Assembly: GCA_965208325.1 (NCBI GenBank)
Contig: OZ242326.1
Span: 768,001-832,000 of the forward strand
From: Candidatus Poribacteria bacterium
GTDB lineage: Bacteria; Poribacteria; WGA-4E; PCPOR2b
Reading direction: 5' to 3'
Length of the DNA: 64,000 nucleotides
Part shown: in pieces, positions 9,295-19,700 of the stretch
Layout: each line of letters starts with the position of its first letter
Numbering within the stretch: position 1 is the first letter of the stretch
Notes under the pieces: model-generated
The model's database searches: none
What the model saw: only the letters and a program-made list of their open reading frames with translations
What the model was told of the DNA's origin: nothing
Position numbers and translations under genes: made by a program

Positions 9295-10167
9295 ATGGAC
9301 GAGAATTTCCGCCAATTTCTCATTGACGGCGAACGCGCAGGAATGCAGTACGCACTGACTGCACCGCGCAATGTGCCCTTTGGGTTAGCCGGAAATCTAA
9401 CAGGGAAGCGTCCGGGGAGTTCACTGGAGTTTATTGACCACCGGGAATACCAACCGGGCGACGACCTGCGAAGAATTGATTGGGGCGGCTTCGCTCGAAG
9501 CGACAAATTGACGGTAAAGTTGTACCGTGACGAAGTCAACCCGCATCTAGACCTTGTCATTGATGGATCGCGCTCCATGGCACTTGAAAACTGCCCCAAA
9601 GCGCAAGCTACGCTTGGGTTAGCGGCAGTTTTTGCAACGGCGGCTGCGAATGCCGGTTACTCCCACTCCACCTGGATGGCGGGGGATGGATATCGCAGGG
9701 TGGGAAACGGCGCAGACCGACCCTCAATTTGGCAGGGGATTGACTTTGAATATCGGGGCGACCCTTCCACGTCTTTCGCCAAACTCCCGCCCTCGTGGCG
9801 TCCCTATGGGATGCGCGTGTTACTTAGCGACCTGCTCTGGCCGAGCGACCCGACCGCGGCGCTGTCTCGATTCGCTGAACGCGCCGCCGCCGTAATTCTG
9901 GTCCAAGTCTTATCGGAGGTAGACGTTAATCCCATTGAACGCGGCAACATTCGACTTGTTGATTCAGAGACCGATGATGTGCAAGAAATATTCTTGGACG
10001 CGGTTGCTGAAAAGCGGTACCGCGCCGCATTCGCACACCATCAGGAGAACTGGAATCTCGCCGCGAAACGCGCTGGAATTGTGATGACAACGGTTATGGC
10101 AGAGCGCATCCTGAGCGATTGGAGATTAGAAACGCTGGTTGCCGCTGAGGTGCTAAACACGGCATAG
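9295..10167 (+). CDS. DUF58 domain protein (MoxR/VWA-associated)
   Basis: GSSLEFIDHREYQPGDDLRRIDW and IDGSRSM motifs. Confidence 0.92.
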   Translation: MDENFRQFLIDGERAGMQYALTAPRNVPFGLAGNLTGKRPGSSLEFIDHREYQPGDDLRRIDWGGFARSDKLTVKLYRDEVNPHLDLVIDGSRSMALENCPKAQATLGLAAVFATAAANAGYSHSTWMAGDGYRRVGNGADRPSIWQGIDFEYRGDPSTSFAKLPPSWRPYGMRVLLSDLLWPSDPTAALSRFAERAAAVILVQVLSEVDVNPIERGNIRLVDSETDDVQEIFLDAVAEKRYRAAFAHHQENWNLAAKRAGIVMTTVMAERILSDWRLETLVAAEVLNTA

Positions 10168-10273
10168 ACACTCAATATAACCGAAAACCATTACATTCAA
10201 TCCGCGGACTAGTTGAAACAACATCGTGACATATAGCAATCGAATAAACTTTTTATATTATTCAGATTCACGC

Positions 10274-10303
10274 TTGACCTAACTTGCAGACTCATTATAT
10301 AAT
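10274..10303 (+). promoter_or_regulatory. Possible sigma70 promoter for the TonB-dependent receptor
   Basis: TTGACC-18 bp-TATAAT. Confidence 0.45.
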
Positions 10304-10467
10304 ACCCGTTGATCTCTACGGATTTGAGCGCTGAAACACGATTCATGACGCCGATTCCTCGCAAAGCAATTTTTCAATTGATAAATCTTCCGTAAATTCT
10401 GATTCCGAGTTGCTGCTTATGAGCGCAGCCATCAAAAACCTTTCTTAGTACATAAGGAGATTGCAAA

Positions 10468-13359
10468 ATGCAACAATCCAAGTTAAAAAATATTTTGTTA
10501 TTAATCGTGGTTTTGACGGTAGCTGGGCTGATGGCGCCGGTACAATCCGCCTCCCAAACCATGACCGATTCAAATGCTCAATCCAGTGACGAATTCGACG
10601 ATTCGGACATGGATGCCGCGTCCGATACCGGCGATGCCATGGAGGACATGACCGATCAGTCGTCAGAAATCATTGAACTGGAACAGGTATCCGTCACAGC
10701 GTCCCGGCGCAGGGAAAAGGTGCTTGAAGCACCGGCGTCAGTTGCCGTAGTGGGGTCTACCCAAATCAAAGACCGAGTCACGTCAACCCTGTCCGAGCAC
10801 GTAAAGTCCGTGCGCGGCGTAGACCTTGCTAAGACAGGATTGGGAGCGTCGCATGTCGTTGTGCGCGGCTTCAATAACGTCTTCTCAGGGACGCTGCTGT
10901 CGCTCGTTGACAACCGGATTGCCCGCGTTCCTTCGCTGCGTTTGAACGCTTACACGCTCATCCCGACATCGAACGAGGATATTGAACAGATTGAAGTCGT
11001 ATCGGGTCCTGGCGCTGCGCTTTACGGCCCTAACAGCGCCAACGGCGTCATGCACATCCTCACGAAATCTCCTTTCAACTCGCAAGGAACCACCGTCAGC
11101 ATCGGCGGCGGCGAGCGGAGCGTGCTCCTGGGATCGCTTCGGCACGCTGGCGTAATCAATGAAAATATCGGCTACAAGTTTTCTGCCAACGCATTCCGAG
11201 GTGATGACTGGGAAGAGGGACGCGCAGAAGCTGATTTAAACGGCGTAAAACCGCCCGAGTTTGATACTTACAGAGCTGGCGGTGACTTTCGCGTTGACTA
11301 CCGCCCGACTAGCGACCTAACGACAATTGTTGCAAGTGGATTCACCCAAACGACGGGTTTGGAAATGACTGGCATCGGCGCCGGGCAAGCCAAGAACTGG
11401 ACTTACGGCTATGTCCAGGGCCGCCTAATCTACAAAGACCTTTTCGCGCAGGCCTTTTGGAACCGCAGTGACGCCGGGGATACCTACACGCTGCGGGCAG
11501 GTGACCCAATTATCGACAATTCCGATTTGTATGTTGGGCAGATACAACACGGATACAGCTTGAGTGAGAATCAACGGTTCACGTATGGCTTGGATTTATT
11601 GCTGACCCGCCCTGATACTGAAGGCTCAATCAACGGACGCAACGAAGACAATGACAACGTCAACGAGGTCGGCGCTTACTTGCAGTCGGAAACAAAAATT
11701 CTTCCCGAGTTAAAGTTCATCGCCGCGGCGAGGGTTGATGACCACAACCACCTCAATGACCTAGTGCTTTCGCCGCGTGCAGCACTCGCCCTTCAGCCAA
11801 ACGATAACCACAACATCAGACTCACTTACAACCGCGCCTTCAGCACACCGTCTTCCTCGAACCTGTTCCTTGATGTCGTTTCGATTCCTGACGCGTTCGG
11901 TATTGGCGCGGCGTTCCAGCCCGCATTGGGATTCAATCCAGCAATCGATATTCGTGCACAGGGGGTTAGCAGCGAAACCGGATTTACCTTCAAGAGAAGC
12001 GCGGATGGTCGGCCAGAATTCCGTTCACCGTTCTCAGCGGTTGCAAATCTTCCTGCTGACCAATACATTCCGCTTGACGACCCAGTCTTTACCAACGTTA
12101 TGTGGAATGTCGGCAGATCCGCTATCTTGAGTGAAGCGCAGCCGCAGTTTGAAGCCGGCTTAAAGCAAGCGTTTACTCCTGAAGCACTGCCGCAATTACT
12201 GCAAAGCCAGTCGCCGGCGCAGATTGAGGGCATCGTGTCAACGCTGCCGACAGAAGTGACGCAGCTTTTACCGCCAGCATTTCAACAGCCGGGCGCCATT
12301 GCGGCGCTGCCGCCCGAAATACTTCAACCGCTAATTCCACAAATTCTCGGATCGCTACCCGCCCCAGTGGTTGAAGGACTCACTGCTTCTCTCATCGCCG
12401 ACCTGTCAGCCGGTTTTGCAAACGCCGTACCGGCACAGGTTTCAGGCGTGAAAAACTCCCTGCTTGCGCTAAATCCGGAGACAGAGGAATTTGAGCCGAT
12501 TGCGGACGTAAACGACGTTGACCCCATTACTCCAACGATTACACAAACATATGAAATGGGTTACAAAGGGATTCTCATGGATAAAATCGCGTTCTCCGCG
12601 GACGTGTATCACACAAGAATTAACGATTTCATCGGTCCCTTGGTGGTTGAAACGCCCAACGTCTTCTTGGACGCAAATACTTTAGGCGCTTCCATTGCCC
12701 AACAACTCACCGAAACATTGAGCGATCCGAAGAACGCATTGCTCAACCAGGCGCTGCTCGCATTCGACTCGCCGGCGCAAGGTGGAAATGGGGATGGTTC
12801 AGCCGTCGATGAGTTGACGAAGTTGTTCGTCGCCGGCACCGATAACAACGGCGCCGCGTTCATTCCCTTTGGCACCGTGTCCCCCGATCAGGCAGGTGAC
12901 CCGAACGCAGTGATGCTTACCTATCGTAACTACGGCGACATCTCGCTTAACGGAGCCGACCTAAGCCTGACTTACTATCTCAACCATAGTCTGAGCGTGA
13001 CCGGGAATTACTCGTTCGTCAGCAAGGACCTTTTTGAGACCGATATTCGCAACATCGCCCTAAACGCGCCAAAGAATAAGTTCGGCACGAACGTCCAATA
13101 CCTCAACCCCAATTTAGGTCTTGGCGCTGGCGTCGCGATGCGCTATGTCGCTGGATTCCCGATGAACTCCGGTGTCTATATCGGTGACGTTGAGTCGTAT
13201 TACACCATTGATGTTAGTGCGGGTTACGATTTACCGTTCGGCCCCAAACCCCGCCTGTCGCTAACCGTACAAAACCTTCTGGACAAAATGCACCAGCAAT
13301 TTGTCGGTGCCCCGTACATTGGCCGTCTGTCAATGTTGCGCTTGACACAGACATTTTAA
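10468..13359 (+). CDS. TonB-dependent outer-membrane receptor
   Basis: AAGGAG RBS; signal peptide; TonB-box-like EQVSVTASRR; plug motif IEQIEVVSGPGAALYG; C-terminal VQNLLD...GR...RLTQTF. Confidence 0.95.
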   Translation: MQQSKLKNILLLIVVLTVAGLMAPVQSASQTMTDSNAQSSDEFDDSDMDAASDTGDAMEDMTDQSSEIIELEQVSVTASRRREKVLEAPASVAVVGSTQIKDRVTSTLSEHVKSVRGVDLAKTGLGASHVVVRGFNNVFSGTLLSLVDNRIARVPSLRLNAYTLIPTSNEDIEQIEVVSGPGAALYGPNSANGVMHILTKSPFNSQGTTVSIGGGERSVLLGSLRHAGVINENIGYKFSANAFRGDDWEEGRAEADLNGVKPPEFDTYRAGGDFRVDYRPTSDLTTIVASGFTQTTGLEMTGIGAGQAKNWTYGYVQGRLIYKDLFAQAFWNRSDAGDTYTLRAGDPIIDNSDLYVGQIQHGYSLSENQRFTYGLDLLLTRPDTEGSINGRNEDNDNVNEVGAYLQSETKILPELKFIAAARVDDHNHLNDLVLSPRAALALQPNDNHNIRLTYNRAFSTPSSSNLFLDVVSIPDAFGIGAAFQPALGFNPAIDIRAQGVSSETGFTFKRSADGRPEFRSPFSAVANLPADQYIPLDDPVFTNVMWNVGRSAILSEAQPQFEAGLKQAFTPEALPQLLQSQSPAQIEGIVSTLPTEVTQLLPPAFQQPGAIAALPPEILQPLIPQILGSLPAPVVEGLTASLIADLSAGFANAVPAQVSGVKNSLLALNPETEEFEPIADVNDVDPITPTITQTYEMGYKGILMDKIAFSADVYHTRINDFIGPLVVETPNVFLDANTLGASIAQQLTETLSDPKNALLNQALLAFDSPAQGGNGDGSAVDELTKLFVAGTDNNGAAFIPFGTVSPDQAGDPNAVMLTYRNYGDISLNGADLSLTYYLNHSLSVTGNYSFVSKDLFETDIRNIALNAPKNKFGTNVQYLNPNLGLGAGVAMRYVAGFPMNSGVYIGDVESYYTIDVSAGYDLPFGPKPRLSLTVQNLLDKMHQQFVGAPYIGRLSMLRLTQTF

Positions 13360-13531
13360 CAATAGGCATGACTGAGTCGAGATTTTGGGTTGACTGGGTT
13401 AATATTGGCAAATTCGTTATTGCATTTTCCTTCAGTTTGCCAAGAATTTGCTCCAATTTTCATGTTGTTGGATTAGCATGGGGATTTCCCAAAATCTTGT
13501 CGCAGCCGAATTTTACCTTCAATCCAAGCAC

Positions 13532-13594
13532 AGAAACCGAGTTTATTTCAATCCTTAAGCTACGAGAACTTTATCGTGAATAAACTCGGTTTCT
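13532..13594. repeat. REP-like inverted repeat (AGAAACCGAGTTT family), copy 1
   Basis: Perfect 16-bp IR agaaaccgagtttatt / aataaactcggtttct; related copy at 30621. Confidence 0.75.
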
Positions 13595-13778
13595 CTTAAA
13601 TTTTTTGTAGGACGCTGCTCCTCCCAAAAATGGCGTTGCCTTCAACTGACGCCAGTCGGATTCCGTCTCATCTTATTGGTGACTTGCACGCCTAGAGCCC
13701 GCCCGCCTCGCGCCATGGCACTGTCAACGCGGAAGTGTCAAAGCCCCGTGAAAATTCAATTGCAAAAGGAAACAGCCC

Positions 13779-16700
13779 TTGAAAAAATTTGTCCTGATTG
13801 CACTCGCCACCCTCATCCTTTCACAAGTCAACACTACGCGAAGTACCACTGACCACGCCTCGCACGAGCCCATACAATCTGCGCTACAGTCAAAGCGTTT
13901 CAATGATGCGGTACACCTCATTGATACCGCATTGACGGCATCAGAGAATCAACCTGACTATCTGCTCTATCTTAAGGGGCTTGCGCTGTTCCATAATGGG
14001 GATTACCGGAACGCAATTGGGACGTGCGGCCAGGTCATACAGGATTACCCTGATTCCACTTGGTTGAGGAAAGCGGCGTTTCTTCAAGCCAAGAGTCATC
14101 TCAAACTGAAGGAATTTAAGCAGGCTGAAGCAATCTACAGCAAAGAGGTTAGTCGGCTTCTCTCGTCCAGACGCAAATCGGAAATTGCCCAAATTTACAT
14201 TCAGCTTGCCGAAACCTTCGCGCAAAAACCCAATGACGCAGATCTCGATGCCCCCCAGCCGAACTACCAGAAAGCGTACGAACTGTATCAAAAGGTATTG
14301 ACGCTAGAGATTGACGCTAACCTACGCGAAACGGCCGCCTTCCAACTCGGACGCATGATGCAGTTGCAGGAGAATTACGCACAAGCCGTTGTTGACTACG
14401 AAGCCTACCTTACACAATTTGATCCCAGTTTTCAGCGCCCGCCCGCTTTGCCAATGCCTTCAAAGAAGAGCAAAACGCTTGATGGCCGACGCTATCATGC
14501 CCGTTACCATCTTGCGGAATGCCAGATAGCGTTGAATCAGCACCTACAGGCGCGATTGACACTTGAGGACATGTTAAAATTGGCTGATGTTGGAAGCAAG
14601 GCACTATTACCTCTCGCCAAAGACGCTCGCTTCTTGTTGACCCGGACCTACCGTTTCCCGGCGCCCAACTCCAACGAGGAGTTGGAATTAGGCGTACAAT
14701 CCGCCAGAAGGTTTCAGGAGCAGTTTCCTCGTGACTTGCGCTCAATGACGCTAGCGCACGAAATCGCTGAAGCATATCGGGCGCGGCATCGAAGCGAGGA
14801 AGCGCTCGCCGCCTACCAAGATGTTATCGACAAAAAGAGCTTCAAAGTAACCCAAAAGAAGTGGCAAATTTCAAATCTCAACAACCAAGATTACCATTAC
14901 CTCCGTACTTCCGCCGCATTTCAAATCGGAAACATTCTGTTCGAACAGCGAAAATATAACCATGCAATTGAAGCGTGGAATAGATACATTCGAGAATTTC
15001 CCAACGGACCTCAATGGACCGACGCCCAACAGGGAATTGTTAACGCCGAATTCCAAATTGGTGTAACGCTCCTCGCCGCGGAAAAACACGAAGAAGCCGT
15101 GAATGCGTTCGATGCCTTCCAAGCAAAACACCCGCTGGATGAACGAGTGCGGCAGATAATGTTTATTTATGGCCAAATTCACGCTCACAAATCCGAGCAT
15201 CAGCTTGCAATTGCCGAGTGGGAAAAGCTCGTGAGAAAATTCCCGAACACTGAAGAATCATCGCTAGCGCTCTTTCGCATCGGGCAGACCTACGAAATTA
15301 AATTGGGAGATCTGGAAAATGCGCTAGAATCTTACCGAAGGCTAACCTGGGGAAGCTGGCACCCTCATGCGCAAGAGGTAATTCGCCAGATGACGGAAAA
15401 AAGCCTTCAACTTGTCACACCGCGCACTTTCCGCACGAATGAACCGCCTTACGTACACGTGTCGCTTCGCAATATTGAATCCCTCACGGTGAATCTTTAC
15501 AAGCTCAATCTTGAAGCCTACTGGCGCAAGATGCACGAAGTGAAAGGCGTGGAGGATCTCGATCTTGGGTTGATTGAGCCGAACAAAACTTGGCAATACA
15601 ATGTGCCTGAATACGAGAAGCACAAAAGCTTTGAGTGCGAAATCAACATCCCGTTTGCCGGACCCGGCGTTTACGCGGTACAACTCGGCGATGAGTCGCT
15701 CGAATCAACCACACTCCTCATTCGCAGCGATATTGAGACTATCACCAAGACATCCCGCCGCGAGGTACTTGTATTCGTGCAAAATATGCTGAACGGAGAA
15801 GTGGTCGCCGATGCTAAGGTGCTTGTAAGCGACGGCTCAAGCGTAATTTTCGAAGGACGCACTGGAGCGGACGGTGTACTCCATGCAACTGAACGCGGCA
15901 TTTTGGATTACGCGTCAGTAGAGAACCAACTTAAGGATGCGAGTCGGGTGGCGGCATTCGTCGTCAAGGGTGGACACGCCGCCGCAGACGGGTTAGACAT
16001 TTCAGGGCTTGGCTTCAGCAAAGGCTTGACGCCGCGCGGCTATATCTACACCGACCGGCCCGCATACCGACCGCGAGAAAGCGTTTCATTGCGCGGCATA
16101 ATCCGCGATGTTAGCGATGGCGCCTACGTGGTACCGGACGGCGCACCATTTAACGTCTCGGTCATTGATGCTCGGGGACGCCAAATCCATAAAGAGGAGG
16201 TCACACTCTCTCAGTTTGGCGGGTTTGATACGCAGTTGCAGCTTGACAATGCCGCCTCTGTCGGCGAATACCGCATCCGTGTGGCACAATTCGACCCAGA
16301 TACAAAGCTAGATATCCCAAGCCACATATTCACAGGAAACTTCCAAGTTCAGCGATTCCAACTCGAAAAGGTACAGTTGCTGCTCGATTTTCCGCGCAGC
16401 GTCTACTTTCGCGGTGAACAGGTGGATGCTACCTTTACGGCACGATACTATTACGGCCAGCCGGTGAAGAACGCAAAAATTCAATACAAACTTCCCGACG
16501 GCCGGAGCTATACTGAAACCGCTGATAATCGGGGAATACTGAAGGTCAATTTCGATACGGCATCTATGCAACCCGGCAAACCGCTTCATTTCAGCGGGAC
16601 GGTTCTGGGTGAGAATGTTAGCGTTAAAACCTCTGTGACGCTTGCGCATCTCGGATATTCAATTTCGGTGCAACCTGACGCTAAACTTGTGCTCTCCGGT

Positions 16701-19700
16701 GAACCGTTCCACGTAACAGTTCACACTAAAGGAGCTGATGGGCGTCCGGTTGGCAAGAAATTAACCGTCAAGGTGGTAAAAAAGCAGAGCAGCAGTCCCA
16801 TTTCGCCAGTGATGTCTCAGGTTCCTTGGATTAATAGAGAAGGTGTGTTCCGTTCTGCCGAAATTATCATCCAAGAACACAGCCTGCAGACAGATTCCCT
16901 AACTGGTGCCGGTACAATTCAGTTGGCCCTAAACACCGGCGGCGTTTTTGAAGTCCGCGCCAGTGGTACCGATCGGTTCGGTCAAACTGTCGTCGGCTCT
17001 CGGAGCGTCACTATCTCCGACGACGGCGATAAAACCAAACTTCGCATTTTCGCCCAGGGTACAAAGACGCAGGTGGGCGCCTCCGAAACGCTTCGCCTTC
17101 ACTCGCGATTGAAACCCGTACACACTCTGATCACATACGAAGGTGAAGTCATTATCGGATATGAAGTCCGCGTGCTGAAACCGGGAAATAATCGGCTTCA
17201 GTTCACAATCGGGCACCAACACTTCCCGGATTTTTACATTGGGGTAGCGGCAATTGAAGATCGAAGCCTACACACCGCAAGGAAACGCTTTACCGTCGAA
17301 AGGCAACTAAATTTATCCGTGACTTGGACGGATACCGATCCGATTCACGGCTCCAACCAGACGCTTCCCGGCTATATGCCCGGTGCGGCCGCGAAAATCC
17401 AAGTCCGCGCTACTGATCAACTTGGTCAGCCGGTCAGGGCTGAATTTTCACTCGCGTTGGTGGACGAAGCGCTGTTCGCCATATACAAAGATGGCGTGAT
17501 GAATATTAACGATTTCTTCCAGAAAGGGCTCCGGCGCCGTGCAGCCATGCGCACCGCTTCAAGCTGTACCTTCCAATACATGCCAACTACACGGCCTGTA
17601 GTTCAGGAGGCTTTAGCTGAGGCACGACGGCTCTTAATTGAAGCGGAGGCGCTTAGTCTTGAGGACATTGATTCTGGGAAAACGGCAGAAAGAGTATTTT
17701 CAAGGAAACGGCGCGTGCGCCCATCTGTTCTTAAGCGGGCAATGCGCGAAAGACGCCCTAATGTGCCTTCTTATGATGAACCAAAGGTACGAGAAGAATC
17801 TACCTACGCCGGTTTTTGGATAGGAATCGTCATCACAGACGATGCTGGCTTGGCAATTGTAACCATCCCCATGCCGGAAAAGACGACGAAATGGCGGCTG
17901 ACTGCGCGTGGATCCACCGTTGATACACTCGTTGGACAAGTCAGTGTGAACGCCGTGACGCGGAAAGATCTCTTCCTCAACGTGCGCACCCCGGCATTCG
18001 TTACCGAAGGCGATGAGCTGCGATTAGGCGTCCGACTCCATAACATGACCGACTACAGAGGAGAAGCCGACGTTCAAATCACGATGTCCGTTGATGAATC
18101 ACAGCCCGTTTACCGAGACCACAAAAGAACTACGATTACGGCCCAAGATGCGGCAGAGATAATCTTCGACAGGTTCACTATCCCCTCTGGAAAACTGCAC
18201 ACCAGTTCACAACCAAGCCAAATTACCATTGAGGCGATGGCAACTGCGGGCTCATTGAGCGATGGAATTCAGCGCACAATCCCGGTTCGCCCGTGGGGTC
18301 TGGAATACACCGATACGCAGAGCGGAACGGCGGCTAGCAATAAAACAGTTTACGTGCAACTCCCGTCCGATTTGCGCTACACGCGGAAAGGACTTTCAGT
18401 CAATATTGGTCCGAGCGTATCGCGGCTAATTTATGATCTCGCACTCGACCACTATCCCCGGCCATACCAGATTGGGTCTGTAAGACGACCGCTCATCATT
18501 CCCAGTGATGCCGGCAGCGACCTACTCGCGGTGGCGTCCGCCATCGACTATCAAAAACAAGTGGACGGCAATCCGACCGATAACCGCAGGTTGCTGACTC
18601 GGGCGATGACGCTCGTCAATCGACTCGTAACGACACAAAATGAAGACGGCGGCTGGAGTCTGGTTCGTGGTGCGGCAGGGAGCAACGGCCGTGTATCAGC
18701 CCGCAACCTTTGGGCGTTGACAACGACACGCGGCAGCGGCGTTGCGGTTAACGACCAGACGATTGCCAACGCTGTACATTTCCTCAAAACAGCTTTCGCC
18801 CAGACCGATAAAAACGGCGAAGACACACAGGCGTCAACCCTCCATGCCCTCTCGACGCTAGGTGACGTGGATTTCGCGCACGCAAACCGCCTGTATCGGC
18901 GTCGGAATCAGTTGAGCAATGTTTCGTTGGCATACGCTGCATTGGTCTTTGTTAATCTCAACCGCTTGGAGATTGCGGGCGAGATACTTGATATATTGGA
19001 ACGCCGCGGTCTATTGCCCGATGAAAAAAGGAACTCAAAGGCTTCTACTTCGTACGCAGCCAGCGGTCAAGTGGAGACCGTGGCTTTGGCGCTGTTAAGC
19101 ATGCAAGCAGTCCGCCCAAGTTCTGCGTGGGTAAAGGATGCGGTGGATTATCTAATTGATCAACGCCGTTACTACGGTTATTCGCCGTACGCCGCTAAGG
19201 GCGCCGTCGTCGCCGCACTAGCAACCTACTATCAGGCGGCGCAATATGCGGCAGACGACTACAGACTAATCTTGCTCGTGAACGGTGAACCGCTCGAAAC
19301 AATTGCAATTCAGAAGGATTCTATTAACCGCCTAATTCACGTGCCCGCCGCGCAAATTCTCGACGGACAGAACCGCGTCGAGATGCAAATCGAAGGGCAG
19401 GGGACTTATACGTACCTTGTTACAATCAGCGGGTTTTCTCAAGACGTGCCGAACTGGGTCGGCGCTGAACCGGAGATGGGCGGAAGTTTGAAAAACACAC
19501 GAATTAACCGCCGTTACCTTCACCCACCGCTTGAATATCGGGGCAAGCCCATCGGCGTGCAGAGTACGTCAGGAATTACTCAATTGGAAGCCGGGGCAAA
19601 GATGCAAGTCTCTGTCAACATCGTGCATGGCATTGGCGCGCTCACGCCCGACCACAGGTCTAAGGGCGCGTACGTCGTTGTGGATGAATTTTTCCCCGCC

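Noticed and set aside
10304..10467. Cobalamin or TPP riboswitch before the TonB-dependent receptor
   Set aside because: No B12-box/GGGAA core or TPP CTGAGA core is visible.
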